Source of the DNA: a candidate division FCPU426 bacterium
Lineage (GTDB): Bacteria > Oederibacteriota > Muellerivitia > Muellerivitales > Muellerivitaceae
Direction of reading: 5' to 3'
Length of the DNA: 64,000 nt
Assembly (NCBI GenBank): GCA_963796105.1
Contig: CAWCKJ010000004.1
Span: 128,001-192,000 of the forward strand
The position numbers and the translations under genes are program-made. Shown piece by piece: positions 1 through 10,809 of this stretch (the first letter of the stretch is position 1; each line of letters opens with the position of its first letter). The notes under the pieces were generated by a model, which ran no database searches, was not told the origin of the DNA, and saw only the letters and a program-made list of their open reading frames with translations.

Positions 1-108
1 CAGCCAGGCTCCCGCCAGTAAAGTGAAATTCCACCCCGCGTTCGGCGCCAAGGAATATTTCAACCCCTTTCGAATATTCCGCCTGTTTTTTTTCTTTGTC
101 GGGGGCAA
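1..108 (-). CDS. 5' part of a membrane protein, probably a paralog of the adjacent GT-C protein (runs off the window edge)
   Basis: Open frame from TTG at 108, MPPTKKKNRRNIRKGLKYSLAPNAGWNFTLLAGAWL. The basic N-terminus followed by a W-rich hydrophobic segment resembles the start of 239..2755. Confidence 0.5.
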   Translation of the reverse strand, partial: MPPTKKKNRRNIRKGLKYSLAPNAGWNFTLLAGAWL

Positions 109-161
109 TTTATTCTCGCTTTTATGGACGGCAGTATTCCCAAACGACTCATTTTAACGGC

Positions 162-188
162 ACTCCCCCAGAGGGGGAGTTCTTTTTT
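162..188 (+). terminator. Intrinsic terminator-like hairpin
   Basis: ACTCCCCC-AGA-GGGGGAGT followed by TCTTTTTT. The U-tract is on the + strand although the flanking genes are on the - strand. Confidence 0.4.
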
Positions 189-238
189 CAACTATTCCAT
201 GAATAAATACCCGGGGCTTGATCGGACAAGTTTTGATT

Positions 239-2755
239 TCAAGTTCCAGAAGGATTGGCTTCCTCCAAATTCGCCACCAGTTCATCCAATGGGACCTTTA
301 TGCCCGTCCCGGGCGCCGTAACCTCAATGGGTTGGAACTGGTTCTGGTAAGCCAATGTGGTCGCCAGCTCGACTTGGTGGACCCCCGGCGAAAGGTCCAC
401 CTCGGAGGTTTTGTCCACCAGGTCGCTTTGAGGAGGGATATAGAGAACCCTTTTCCCGTCCAAAAGGAGCCAATTGACGGAGGAGGTTCTCACTTCGAAT
501 CGGTATCGGCCCCCCTTGCGGATGTTCCAATTCCCAACCACCCTGACCGAATGCCAGGTATCCAAATAATCCTTGGTCGGCAGTTGGTCGTTCCAATGGG
601 CCGTCCGGTCCTCGTAGAGGATCATGCCCCGCGCCAGCCCGTAGTGGCCGTACCAGCGCCTCAACCAGGTCGCCTCCGGGACCCCGCGGACATGGAACAA
701 GCCCGATTCCCCCTCGGGTATATTCTTGAAGGGCACCTCGGCCCACCACAAGTAAGGAACCTCATCATCATGTTGCAGGCAAATTCTTTGCTTGTTCCAC
801 TGGATTCCGGGAAATTCCTTCTCGATCTTCTTTTGGCTCTCGACATCCTGGCCCCAGACGAAAACGGCCAGGTCCTTTCCCTTTTCCCCCGGCGTAAGGT
901 CAATCGAATTGCTCTCCCCGGCTTGGTAAATTTTCTCCCCATCAGACAATATATCCATGGCGCATGTGTAGAACTTGGGGTGTTGAAACAGGTAAACCCG
1001 GTGGTTGGGCAATTCTTTTTCCGCCTGGTCCCAGACGCTCGTGGTGTTGGTCCTCTGGCCCATCCACTCCCAAGTGAGGCGGTGGTTCTTGCCCGTTTCC
1101 CAGGCCAATGATCCCAGAAGAACCAGGGCGAACGCCCATCGGTACGCCCGTCCAGGTTTAAGCTGGAGAAACGCCAGCCATAAACGGTTCACTCCCCAGG
1201 CCCCGGTCAACAGGAGGGGAATGCTGCATATCACGTATCGGAATGAGTGCGGCCCGTTGGACAGTGAGGCCGTTAAAACAGAAAGGAAAAACAAGGAAGC
1301 GAGAAAACTGCTGAGCCATCTGGGCCTCGCGATGAAATATGCCCCTCCTAGGAGCCCGCAGGCCGCGGCCAGTAACTCGTAAAGGGAATCCCCGATGGCG
1401 GGAATTTGAGAGGGGTGGGCCACCTGGCCGAACAGCAGACCCCAGCTGAATTGAATGTTCTCAAGGACCTTCCGGAACCCCTCCCCGGGGCCGCTGAAAT
1501 CCTTGTTCCAGGCCATGACGTCCGCGACATGCTCTGAGTAATGGGGAAATAAATAGAGGGGAGTCATCAGCAAGGCGGTGACCAGGGCCCCCGTCGCCCA
1601 GCCGAACAACTTGCTGAATCCCTTCTTCCTTTCGCGCCAAAACACCTCCGCATAGCTGGCGGCTAAAAGGGCTCCGAAGGGGATCAGGACAACGGGTCTC
1701 GTCAGGAATCGGATGATCGCGTTATCCCCCGGCAGGAGATTGTTCTGGTAGAGGAACATGAAAGCCCATGCTCCCAGAAGAGCCGGTCCAAGGGTGATCT
1801 TGAAAAAATCCAGCCGCCTTTCCTTGGGATCGTTGAACACCCACAGCCAAACCGCGCCCAGCATGGCCGGCGTCCAGGGCCGGAATGGCACATAGGTATA
1901 ACCCCCGAACCCCAGGGCCAGGCCCCACCAGAGGAAATGGGGCCAAGTGGGTTTTTTCAGGACCCTGAGGAACGCCAAAACGGCCAGGGCTCCGGCCAGG
2001 ACGCATGTTTCGTTGTCGTAGGTGAACTTGGTCACCATGACCATGGTCTTGCAAATGGAACCCATGGCTAAAAGCAGGATGCCCATCCGCCTTCCCCCGA
2101 TTTCCTTGCCGGCCAGGTAAAAGATCCACAGTGCGGCCAGATCGATAAGGGTGTCTGAGAAGAGCATGATGAAATGGCCCGTAGCCCGGGGCAGGAGAAT
2201 CCATAAGAAAGCCGTCAGGTAGGAATGGAATGGCTCCCTCCATCCCATGGGAAACATGAAATGAAAAACGTGATTGTCCAGGATATTGCGGATGTCCGAG
2301 GTGAGGACGAAATGATCGTCCCAGTAAAAGCCCGCGGGTTGATGGGCGTTTTCCAGGCGGAGGAACGCCCCCAATGCCATGAAAAACCAGAACGCTATAC
2401 TGGCTGGGACTTTTTCCAGATCCTCGACCCCGTCCCCCGCCGGAGGAATCCTTCGGAAAAGGAAAATCATGGCGATGAAACCTCCCCAGATCAGCAGGGC
2501 ACCCGGCAGGTGGGTGAAAAGGTTGTCTGGCAGGACTGGGATTCCGCTGTGGATGAAGGGATTTCCGGGATAAAAGAGAAGATTGTAGTTGGGCAGGGAA
2601 AGAAGGCCCGCCATGACCAGGAGCCAGGAGGCCAGAAGCCAAGCGGAAATTTTCCATTGGTTGGCCGCCGGTCCCGTGAGGCTCCGTTTCCCCCGGCTCG
2701 CGGCAGGCCGGGTTGAATGCACGAACGGTTTTTTTATTTTTCTTTTACTGGCCAA
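239..2755 (-). CDS. GT-C (ArnT/PMT-like, GT39/GT83-type) polytopic membrane glycosyltransferase with C-terminal PA14-like domain
   Basis: 838 aa with many TM segments. FLRL...GFYWDD acidic loop after the first TM; C-terminal 'GRYRFEVRTSSVNWLLLDGKRVL...VDLSPGVHQVEL' is PA14-like. Confidence 0.7.
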   Translation of the reverse strand: MASKRKIKKPFVHSTRPAASRGKRSLTGPAANQWKISAWLLASWLLVMAGLLSLPNYNLLFYPGNPFIHSGIPVLPDNLFTHLPGALLIWGGFIAMIFLFRRIPPAGDGVEDLEKVPASIAFWFFMALGAFLRLENAHQPAGFYWDDHFVLTSDIRNILDNHVFHFMFPMGWREPFHSYLTAFLWILLPRATGHFIMLFSDTLIDLAALWIFYLAGKEIGGRRMGILLLAMGSICKTMVMVTKFTYDNETCVLAGALAVLAFLRVLKKPTWPHFLWWGLALGFGGYTYVPFRPWTPAMLGAVWLWVFNDPKERRLDFFKITLGPALLGAWAFMFLYQNNLLPGDNAIIRFLTRPVVLIPFGALLAASYAEVFWRERKKGFSKLFGWATGALVTALLMTPLYLFPHYSEHVADVMAWNKDFSGPGEGFRKVLENIQFSWGLLFGQVAHPSQIPAIGDSLYELLAAACGLLGGAYFIARPRWLSSFLASLFFLSVLTASLSNGPHSFRYVICSIPLLLTGAWGVNRLWLAFLQLKPGRAYRWAFALVLLGSLAWETGKNHRLTWEWMGQRTNTTSVWDQAEKELPNHRVYLFQHPKFYTCAMDILSDGEKIYQAGESNSIDLTPGEKGKDLAVFVWGQDVESQKKIEKEFPGIQWNKQRICLQHDDEVPYLWWAEVPFKNIPEGESGLFHVRGVPEATWLRRWYGHYGLARGMILYEDRTAHWNDQLPTKDYLDTWHSVRVVGNWNIRKGGRYRFEVRTSSVNWLLLDGKRVLYIPPQSDLVDKTSEVDLSPGVHQVELATTLAYQNQFQPIEVTAPGTGIKVPLDELVANLEEANPSGT

Positions 2756-2972
2756 TTTCGATTCCCTTCTGAAAAAGGACCGTAAGACTATACCGGGAGG
2801 TTATTTGATGGGATTTGCGGGTGAAATTCATTCCAGCGGTTGAATTATATCAAATAAGCGGAAAGGGTTACTTCAACAAGAAAACCCTTTTGAATTTAGG
2901 TCTTAAGGTTCGGCCATAGGGAAAATCTAAGCCGGTTTGTAATGAAACCTCAGGGCTTGTTTCGGATTAATT

Positions 2973-5900
2973 TCATCTCAAAACAAGCAATTTGGCGACG
3001 AGGCGGCCCTGGGGTGTCTGGACCACCACGTAGTAGATCCCGTTGGAAAGGGGCTTCCCTGCCTTGTCCGTCAGGGGGATTGGGACATCCGTCACCCCCA
3101 CTGGCACTTGGGTCCTGTCAATCTCGTTCACCTTCCTGAAGGACAATGTGAATATCTCGATTCGTACCAACGGCTCGCTTTGGGCCAGGATGATCTGGAT
3201 CGTCACTGGCTCCGTTCCATCCACAGGATTCGGATAGACAACAATCTTGTTCTTGCCAACCGGTGTCGGAGTTCCCGTCAAGGTGGCCGTCGGAGTGTAC
3301 GATGCGGTGTAAGTCGGTGTGGAAGACGGCGTCTTCGTGTAGGTGAACGTCGCCGTGAAGGTAGCCGTGGGGGTCCCGGTGGCTGTGGGTGTCGCGGTAT
3401 AGGTCCATGTCCTCGTCGAGGTAGGGGTGAAACTTGATGTTGCTGTGAAGGTGGCGGTGTTCGTTCGTGTTTGGGTCGGAGTTGGCGAAGCCGAAACGGT
3501 CATCGTGTTCGTGACCGTCGTGGTAGCGGTGAGGGATGCCGTAGGCGTCATCGAAGCCGTGGGTGTCGGCGTATTCGTCCAGGTATAGGTAGGGGTGGAC
3601 GTTGAAGTAAATGTCGCCGTAGGTGTGGAAGAAGGCGTATTGGTAAAGGTGGAAGTCGGAGTGTTGGTGGACGTGTCGGTGACCGTCGGGGTCGGCGTGT
3701 AGGTCAAAGTATTGGTCGCAGTAGGCGTCGGGGTGCGTGTCGGGGTGTTCGTATAGGTGGGTGTAACCGTCGGTGTGTTGGTGGGCGACTGGGTTCCGGT
3801 GTTGGTATTGGTCGCGGTAGGCGTCACCGTCGGCGTATTCGTGTTCGTCGGCGTCGAGGTATTAGTGGGTGTGTTCGTCTTGGTGCTGGTGGCGGTATTC
3901 GTGAATGTGTTGGTGGGCGTTGAAGTCATTGTATTTGTTGAAGTATGTGTCGGGGTCGCGGTGTTGGTGGAGGTGGAAGTGGGTGTCTTTGTTGCCGTGG
4001 CGGTTGGCGTGTTGGTGGACGTGTTGGTCAGTGTCGGAGTCTGCGTAGATGTCGAGGTGAGCGTCGGGGTGGGCGTCGAAGTGCGTGTCGGGGTGCTCGT
4101 ATAGGTGGGTGTGATAGTCGGAGTGTTGGTGGGGGACTGGGTTCCGGTGTTGGTATTGGTCGCGGTAGGCGTCACCGTCGGCGTATTCGTATTCGTTGGA
4201 GTCGTGGTATTAGTGGGTGTGTTCGTCTTGGTATAGGTGGCTGTGCTCGTAAAGGTACTTGTCGGGGTCGATGTCGGGGTGAATGTGGCCGTATTAGTCG
4301 ACGTAGGTGTGGATGTCCGAGTCGGGGTTGTTGTCGGCGTGTTGCTCAAAGTATTCGTCACTGTTGGGGTCGGAGTGGATGTCGAAGTATTCGTCGGGGT
4401 GGGTGTCGGGGTCCTGGTCGGGGTAATGGTAGGCGTATTCGTGGGGGAAGTGGTCCCCGTATTGGTATTGGTCGCGGTAGGCGTCACCGTCGGCGTATTC
4501 GTGTTCGTCGATGTGGCTGTATTGGTGGGTGTGCTGGTCCTGGTATTGGTAGCTGTGCTCGTAAAGGTGCTGGTCGGGGTCGAAGTCGCTGTGGAAGTTG
4601 AAGTATTCGTGGAGGTCGGCGTAGCGGTTCTGGTCGGTGTGGCAGTCGGCGTATTGGTAGATGTGTTCGTCACCGTTGGGGTCGAAGTGGATGTCGAAGT
4701 ATTCGTCGGGGTGGGTGTCGGAGTCCTGGTCGGGGTAATGGTAGGCGTATTCGTGGGGGAAGTGGTCCCGGTGTTGGTATTGGTCGCGGTAGGCGTCACC
4801 GTCGGCGTATTCGTGTTCGTCGAAGTCGCGGTATTGGTGGGGGTATTCGTCCTCGTGTTGGTGGATGTGTTCGTAAAGGTGTTGGTTGGGGTCGAAGTCG
4901 CTGTGGAAGTTGGAGTATTCGTGGAGGTCGGCGTAGCGGTTCTGGTCGGTGTGGCAGTCGGCGTATTGGTTGGAGTGTTTGTTACTGTTGGGGTCGGGGT
5001 GGAACTCGAGGTATTCGTTGGAGTGGGTGTCGGGGTCCTGGTCGGGGTAATGGTAGGCGTATTCGTGGGGGAAGTGGTCCCCGTATTGGTATTGGTCGCA
5101 GTAGGCGTCACCGTCGGCGTATTCGTGTTCGTCGATGTGGCTGTATTGGTGGGTGTGCTGGTCCTGGTATTGGTAGCTGTGCTCGTAAAGGTGCTGGTCG
5201 GGGTCGAAGTCGCTGTGGAAGTTGAAGTATTCGTGGAGGTCGGCGTAGCGGTCCTGGTCGGGGTTGCTGTCGGCGTATTGGTAGATGTGTTCGTCACCGT
5301 TGGGGTCGAAGTGGATGTCGAAGTATTCGTCGGGGTGGGTGTCGGGGTCCTGGTGGGGGTGATGGTAGGCGTATTCGTGGGGGAAGTGGTCCCGGTGTTG
5401 GTATTGGTCGTGGTAGGCGTCACCGTCGGCGTATTCGTGTTCGTCGAAGTCGCGGTATTGGTGGGGGTATTCGTCCTCGTGTTGGTGAATGTGTTCGTGG
5501 GGGTATTGCTGGGTGTTGAAGTCGAGGTGTTTGTGGAAGTATTTATCGGTGTATTGGTCCTCGTCGGAGTGGAAGTGGATGTTGCCGTATTTGTGGCGGT
5601 ATTGGTAGAAGTGGTCGTCAAGGTGGCGGTAAGAGTATTAGTTGACGTGTTGGTCCTGGTTGGAGTAGGAGTGGCTGTTGCCGTATTCGTGGCGGTATTA
5701 GTCGGGGTATTCGTGGGTGTGGATGTCACAGTATAAGTCGGTGTATTCGTCCGGGTCGCGGTCGGGGTAAGCGTCGGGGTGTTTGTGGCGGTATTGGTCG
5801 AGGTGTTCGTCCTCGTCGGAGTTGGCGTAGCAGAAGGCGTAGCGGTGAGGGTGACCGTGTCGGTCACAGTGGCCGTAGGCGTCATCGAAGCCGTTGCGGT

Positions 5901-8342
5901 ATTCGTCCTGGTCGGAGTGGGAGTGGATGTTGCCGTATTTGTAGCGGTATTAGTCGGGGTACTAGTGGGTGTAGCTGTCGTCGTATTCGTGGATGTGTTT
6001 GTCCTGGTCGAGGTGGAGGTAAGAGTCACCGTATTGGTCGCGGTGCTGGTGGAGGTATTCGTCAGGGTAGCCGTGGCAGTATTGGTAGGTGTATTCGTCC
6101 TGGTCGGGGTGGGAGTGGATGTTGCCGTATTTGTAACGGTATTAGTCGGCATATTCGTGGGTGTGGATGTCACCGTATTAGTTGGTGTATTTGTCCTAGT
6201 CGGGGTTGAGGAAAGGGTCGCCGTATTGGTGACTGTGTTGGTAGAGGTATTCGTTCGGGTCGCGGTAGCCGTGAGTGTCGGGGTGTTTGTGACGGTATTG
6301 GTCAGAGTATTCGTGGAGGTAGATGTCACCGTATTGGTTGCGGTATTCGTCCTAGTCGGGGTTGGAGTGGCCGTCGCTGTATTGGTGACTGTGTTGGTGG
6401 ATGTGTTCGTCCTTGTCGCGGTCAAGGTTGGGGTGTTGGTGAAAGTGTTCGTCAGGGTGCTAGTCGCCGTATTTGTGGGCGTATTGGTGCGGGTGTTGGT
6501 GGATGTGATCGTGGGCGTCGCGGTGGCGGTATTAGTGGCCGTGTTTGTCCTAGTCGGGGTTATAGTCGGCGTTTGGGTCGGGGTGTTCGTGGCCGTGTTC
6601 GTCCTAGTCACGGTGGGAGTGGAGGTCCTAGTGGGCGTGTTGGTGGCGGTGCTCGCGACGGTGCATACCACCGAGATGGCGATGCTGTTGCTGGTCACGG
6701 GTCCCCCCCCCGACCAACTGGCGATCCCGGCGTCGGTGACGACATTGCAATAATCGCTCGAATTGACGCTGTAAGACCCCACGATGAAGGTAATGGGTAC
6801 GCAGGCACCCCCCGGCAGGTTGCTCACCACCCAAGTCAAGTTGGGGTAGGCCGTGCTGGTGGGGTTGATGGTCACCGCGGCGCCTGACTCCGTCACTGTC
6901 CATTGGCTATAACCCGGCCCCTCAAAGGACCATCCCAGGGGGTTCGTAATGCTGTCCGTCACCGTGACCGAATTGGCCGTAACCGCCCCGGTCCCATTGC
7001 AAACATTCAGGAACATCGTGATGGGGCCGGTATCCGAATAATTAGAAGTAGGTCCTCCCGTGGTCTTGGTGAGGGTGATTTTAGGGGGGACCGTTGTTGG
7101 AGTAGGAGTAAATGTGGGTGTAAAGGTGCTGGTATGTCCGGGGGTGTTGGTGGGGACGGGAGATCCGCTGGAGCAATTGGGGGTCGGGGTCTGGTTCAAG
7201 TTATACAACCAGGTGGAAACCGGCGCGCCGTGGTAGGAAGTGGTGGGATAGCCGCTGAAACTCGTTATTAGTGTCGGGCTATCATCGGAGCTGAAGCACC
7301 AGGCCATGGCCGAATAAACGTAATTGTTACTGTTGCTTCCATCAATCCAAGCGAGAGTCTGAGTGTCCCAATTGGCAGGGTCGCTGGAGGCCGCGCCGAA
7401 TTCCTCAATCATTACGGCATAGTTGCCTGTGATCGTGGTCACTTCCGGATCCCAACCGCCGGCCGTCACACCCTTGTTGTTATAAACGTGGGAGGAATAA
7501 AGAACCCCATATCCCGAACCGGTGTCGGTTAGGGGCCTTGCTGGCACGCCCGACAAATCATAGGCATAACCGATCCCACCCGCCACGCAAATGTTATTCG
7601 CGCCCGTGCCGCGGATGGTGCTTAAGAGGGTCTGCAAACCGACATAGCCCCCGTTCCCGGTCACAGCCTCGTCCCAAGTAGTCGGATAGGGTTCGTTGAA
7701 CATGTCGTATAAGACCGCGGGATTATTGGCATAGGTTGAGGCAACGGAGGACCACAAGGTCACCGCGTTGGCATCCGGTAACGGCTGTTGGCCCGTAGCC
7801 GTGTTCCATCCTGTGCCGCAAGGGGCTGTGGCGGTGGTTTGTGTCCCGGACCAATGCAGGTCCAAATCCACATACACGTTTTGGGAGGAACAATAGTTGA
7901 CGATGGCCGCGATCATGTCCCGATAGGCCGATTGGGTAGGGGTATAGTTGTTTGCGCACCCGAACCAATAACCCTGGTTGAAAGGAACCCGGACGCAGTT
8001 GATATGCCAAGCCGTGACAGCTTCACTGATAATGGCAACATAATTAGTCATGCTAACGCCGTCGACTGTCGTCGTAGGATACCCGGTCCCGGTGTCCCCT
8101 TCGGGATAGTATTCCAAGCCGGAAACATCCACACCCTTTAAGCGGACTGCGCAATTGCCGCTTGCGGTTACGATCTGATTTCCTGAAATTTTAAGTTGAG
8201 GAGGGGCTGCTTGGGAAAGTTGGGGATTGAGGCCAAATCCTAAAAACACGAATAGAATACACCCATATAATTGGCTGGTAAAAAACGATTTCAGCCTTAG
8301 GCCGACTTTATTAGGTTTTATGTATCCGTTCAAGGAATTCAC
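2973..8342 (-). CDS. Secreted GH5 (cellulase family) glycoside hydrolase with ~1200-aa Thr-rich stalk and C-terminal YPNP sorting/Ig-like domain
   Basis: Signal peptide; GH5 motifs VRVPF, DLHW, YDMFNEP (acid/base), SSHVY and IEEFG (nucleophile); T/P/N/S low-complexity repeats; tail VYPNP...[10 protein letters not shown]...KLLVLR. Confidence 0.85.
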   Translation of the reverse strand: MNSLNGYIKPNKVGLRLKSFFTSQLYGCILFVFLGFGLNPQLSQAAPPQLKISGNQIVTASGNCAVRLKGVDVSGLEYYPEGDTGTGYPTTTVDGVSMTNYVAIISEAVTAWHINCVRVPFNQGYWFGCANNYTPTQSAYRDMIAAIVNYCSSQNVYVDLDLHWSGTQTTATAPCGTGWNTATGQQPLPDANAVTLWSSVASTYANNPAVLYDMFNEPYPTTWDEAVTGNGGYVGLQTLLSTIRGTGANNICVAGGIGYAYDLSGVPARPLTDTGSGYGVLYSSHVYNNKGVTAGGWDPEVTTITGNYAVMIEEFGAASSDPANWDTQTLAWIDGSNSNNYVYSAMAWCFSSDDSPTLITSFSGYPTTSYHGAPVSTWLYNLNQTPTPNCSSGSPVPTNTPGHTSTFTPTFTPTPTTVPPKITLTKTTGGPTSNYSDTGPITMFLNVCNGTGAVTANSVTVTDSITNPLGWSFEGPGYSQWTVTESGAAVTINPTSTAYPNLTWVVSNLPGGACVPITFIVGSYSVNSSDYCNVVTDAGIASWSGGGPVTSNSIAISVVCTVASTATNTPTRTSTPTVTRTNTATNTPTQTPTITPTRTNTATNTATATPTITSTNTRTNTPTNTATSTLTNTFTNTPTLTATRTNTSTNTVTNTATATPTPTRTNTATNTVTSTSTNTLTNTVTNTPTLTATATRTNTSTNTVTNTATLSSTPTRTNTPTNTVTSTPTNMPTNTVTNTATSTPTPTRTNTPTNTATATLTNTSTSTATNTVTLTSTSTRTNTSTNTTTATPTSTPTNTATNTATSTPTPTRTNTATASMTPTATVTDTVTLTATPSATPTPTRTNTSTNTATNTPTLTPTATRTNTPTYTVTSTPTNTPTNTATNTATATPTPTRTNTSTNTLTATLTTTSTNTATNTATSTSTPTRTNTPINTSTNTSTSTPSNTPTNTFTNTRTNTPTNTATSTNTNTPTVTPTTTNTNTGTTSPTNTPTITPTRTPTPTPTNTSTSTSTPTVTNTSTNTPTATPTRTATPTSTNTSTSTATSTPTSTFTSTATNTRTSTPTNTATSTNTNTPTVTPTATNTNTGTTSPTNTPTITPTRTPTPTPTNTSSSTPTPTVTNTPTNTPTATPTRTATPTSTNTPTSTATSTPTNTFTNTSTNTRTNTPTNTATSTNTNTPTVTPTATNTNTGTTSPTNTPTITPTRTPTPTPTNTSTSTSTPTVTNTSTNTPTATPTRTATPTSTNTSTSTATSTPTSTFTSTATNTRTSTPTNTATSTNTNTPTVTPTATNTNTGTTSPTNTPTITPTRTPTPTPTNTSTSTPTPTVTNTLSNTPTTTPTRTSTPTSTNTATFTPTSTPTSTFTSTATYTKTNTPTNTTTPTNTNTPTVTPTATNTNTGTQSPTNTPTITPTYTSTPTRTSTPTPTLTSTSTQTPTLTNTSTNTPTATATKTPTSTSTNTATPTHTSTNTMTSTPTNTFTNTATSTKTNTPTNTSTPTNTNTPTVTPTATNTNTGTQSPTNTPTVTPTYTNTPTRTPTPTATNTLTYTPTPTVTDTSTNTPTSTFTNTPSSTPTATFTSTSTPTYTWTNTPTPTASMTPTASLTATTTVTNTMTVSASPTPTQTRTNTATFTATSSFTPTSTRTWTYTATPTATGTPTATFTATFTYTKTPSSTPTYTASYTPTATLTGTPTPVGKNKIVVYPNPVDGTEPVTIQIILAQSEPLVRIEIFTLSFRKVNEIDRTQVPVGVTDVPIPLTDKAGKPLSNGIYYVVVQTPQGRLVAKLLVLR
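3763..5450 (-). repeat. Intragenic ~312-bp (104-aa) tandem repeats in the Thr stalk
   Basis: The TPTVTPT(A/T)TNTNTGT(T/Q)SPTNTPT(I/V)TPT motif recurs at 4111, 4423, 4735, 5047 and 5359 (312-bp steps) and at 3763 (348-bp step). Confidence 0.8.
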
Positions 8343-8632
8343 CCTTTGTTGACTGCACGAACATAAATGAATACGAAACGTGTTTCAATCCGTTTCAAAA
8401 AAAACGCTAAACCGTTTTAGTAAATATACCACTTTTTCCATTATTTCAACTATTTGTCCCCTAAATTAGTGGTTTTTAGGTAACCGGTATAATCAAAAGA
8501 AAACACGTTCAACCTTACCTCATCATGAAAAAACTAAAAAAGTTATATTGCCGACAGTACATTCATCACTCCTTTTCGACTTATCATTTAGACTCATTCC
8601 CCTTAGAAGTTTTAAAAACTAGAGGAGATCCA

Positions 8633-9328
8633 ATGTCCCACGTGACTTGTTTCCAACATATCGACTGTGAGGGCCCTGGGTCGGTATTGGAAATCCTGAA
8701 AAATAAAAATATTGCCCTAAAGGTCGTGAAACCCTTCCGCGGTGAAAACATCCCGGAAAAAATCGGCGATGGACTCATCGTCCTTGGCGGCCCGATGGGA
8801 GTGTATGAGCAGAACGAATATTCCTGGATGAACCTGGAAATATCGGCGATCCAGGAGTGTTTGAAAAAACAAATCCCGGTCTTGGGAATCTGCCTGGGCG
8901 CGCAGATGCTGGCCCATGCCGCGGGCGGAACCGTCTATAAGGGCATCCAGCCGGAAGTAGGTTGGTATCCCATCCGATTATCAAACGAGGGCCGGTGGGA
9001 CCCGCTCTTGTTGGGATTGCCGGAAGAGGTCATGGCCTTCCATTGGCACGGGGACACCTTTTCCCTTCCCCTTGACGCGGTGAGGCTCGCCGGCAGTTCC
9101 AATTATCCGAATCAATTATTCAAATTGGGAAACAACGCTTACGGCTTCCAATGCCACTTGGAAACCACGGAGGAAATGATCAAGGAGTGGGTCTTGGTTT
9201 ACGAAAAAGAGCTGGAGCCGAAGGGTTCCCTTCCCCGCCAGCCCATCGAGAAAAACCTTCAGGCGAACGCCTCGAATTTGAGAAACACCGCCGAGACTGT
9301 CTTTTCCCGCTTCGCCGCGCTTCTTTAG
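8633..9328 (+). CDS. Class I glutamine amidotransferase-like protein
   Basis: GGPMGVY, LGICLGAQ (catalytic Cys), HWHGDTF and FQCHLE (His-Glu). AGGAG RBS precedes ATG 8633. Confidence 0.9.
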   Translation: MSHVTCFQHIDCEGPGSVLEILKNKNIALKVVKPFRGENIPEKIGDGLIVLGGPMGVYEQNEYSWMNLEISAIQECLKKQIPVLGICLGAQMLAHAAGGTVYKGIQPEVGWYPIRLSNEGRWDPLLLGLPEEVMAFHWHGDTFSLPLDAVRLAGSSNYPNQLFKLGNNAYGFQCHLETTEEMIKEWVLVYEKELEPKGSLPRQPIEKNLQANASNLRNTAETVFSRFAALL

Positions 9329-9345
9329 GATCGTGAGCCGGCAGG

Positions 9346-10809
9346 TTATTTCAAGTCTTGGGACCGGTCGGAAGGGATTTTGAAGGTTTGCCTGATTTCA
9401 TCCGTGGCCAGTTTTTCCTTTTCCGCGTCGATGATGATCCGCGAGCCGGACCAGTTGAAATCGTCGATCTCGATCACGTGGTAGCCGCCGGCTGGATTTT
9501 TCAAGGCCTCCAACAAATCCTTCATTTCTGAAATAGGGCATCCGTTAACTTTTTTTACGATGACATTCGTCAGCTTATCATACCCCTTGTTGATTTCATG
9601 CGGCAGGACGTGGCTCATAAGCACGACTTGCTTTTGTTCCGCCGAGGGAAGCCCGTGAACGGCCAGGTCCTGCAATTCCGGCTTGAAAGCGTCCCAATTG
9701 GCCGCCGAGAAATAGTTCATGGTTAGGGGTACGAAAACCAAGCCTCCCATCATGAGATAGGTGGGGTGACGCTCATCCTGCCGGTCGGGAAGGAGCTTCA
9801 CCGCGGGCTTCAAGGGCATCTTCACGTTCAGGGGCTTCCCGTCCCGGATGATGTCCAGGCTGATCTTCTCCCCGATGGAGTAAAAGGTAGCGAGGTAGAT
9901 CTCGGGGATCCTGCCCGTTTTTTTCAGGGTGATGTAGCCCTCATCATCAACCGGATTCCCGTCGATGGCCGTCAAAACGTCCCCTTCCCTCAAGACCCCG
10001 TCAGCCGACCCCCCGTAGAAAATCTTGGTGATGATTTCCCCTGTTTGTTTCGGTGAAATTTTGAAAAAGTCGCGTAGGGTCTGGTTTTTCAAATCCTGGG
10101 TGTAGAAACCCAGGTCTGGGAAGCCTTCATAAGGGCGCCCGCCCTGGATGCCCTTGAAAAACCTCTGGATCACGTTCACGGGAATAAGCGACCCGGTTTT
10201 ATCAGGTTTTCCCGTGGAATCGAAGGGGATCCCCACGAGCTTGCCCCCGTTGAAAACCGGACAGCCGTTGTTGGAGGCGTCGATGGCGGCGTTAGTCAGG
10301 ATGCCCGGCATGGAACGGCCCCCCTCGGAACTCCAGACCATTTCCAAGCCGGATACGGAGTCTTCCTTGATCGAAAGTTCATCTCCGCCTTGGATCACGA
10401 GCTTGTCGCCCCGTCCCGGCAGTTCGGCGTACTCCACGGGTTTGGTGTCCGTAAAGAAATCCCCGTCCTGCACGCTCAAGAGGGCCAGGTCCAGGTCGAA
10501 CCCCACCTGCTCCACCTGGGCCACATACCGCTTGGTTTCCCCAAATTTCTCCACCTCGATGTAATTTCCCTTGTTGACCATGTGGGCAGTGGTGAGGATT
10601 CGCTTCCCCGGCAGGATGGTCCCGCATCCCCTCAACTGGACCTCCGAGCCCGGCTTCCAGGGCTCGTAATAGTCGACGCTTTGGGCCGCCGTGTACACCT
10701 TGACCACGGACTTTCTCGTGGTCTCATCGCCTCCCCAAACCCTGGCGCAGAAGAACAAGCCGAGTCCTAATACCAGCGTGATCCTCAAACAAGGGAAAGC
10801 GGTCCTCAT
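9346..10809 (-). CDS. Deg2/Deg9-like trypsin-PDZ protease paralog lacking the catalytic serine (pseudoprotease)
   Basis: Colinear with 10806..12335. TAH and DL motifs are kept, but AAINPGNSGGP is replaced by AAIDASNNGCP. Confidence 0.8.
   Translation of the reverse strand: MRTAFPCLRITLVLGLGLFFCARVWGGDETTRKSVVKVYTAAQSVDYYEPWKPGSEVQLRGCGTILPGKRILTTAHMVNKGNYIEVEKFGETKRYVAQVEQVGFDLDLALLSVQDGDFFTDTKPVEYAELPGRGDKLVIQGGDELSIKEDSVSGLEMVWSSEGGRSMPGILTNAAIDASNNGCPVFNGGKLVGIPFDSTGKPDKTGSLIPVNVIQRFFKGIQGGRPYEGFPDLGFYTQDLKNQTLRDFFKISPKQTGEIITKIFYGGSADGVLREGDVLTAIDGNPVDDEGYITLKKTGRIPEIYLATFYSIGEKISLDIIRDGKPLNVKMPLKPAVKLLPDRQDERHPTYLMMGGLVFVPLTMNYFSAANWDAFKPELQDLAVHGLPSAEQKQVVLMSHVLPHEINKGYDKLTNVIVKKVNGCPISEMKDLLEALKNPAGGYHVIEIDDFNWSGSRIIIDAEKEKLATDEIRQTFKIPSDRSQDLK

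Noticed and set aside
218..1111. 297-aa + strand ORF and similar long overlapping ORFs elsewhere (e.g. 11346..12254, 16552..17625, 39122..40228)
   Set aside because: Antisense or alternate-frame shadows of well-supported GC-rich genes, with no motifs of their own.
3757..6753. Long Val/Gly-rich + strand ORFs (499, 324, 115 aa)
   Set aside because: Antisense shadows of ACN (Thr) codon repeats in the GH5 gene.
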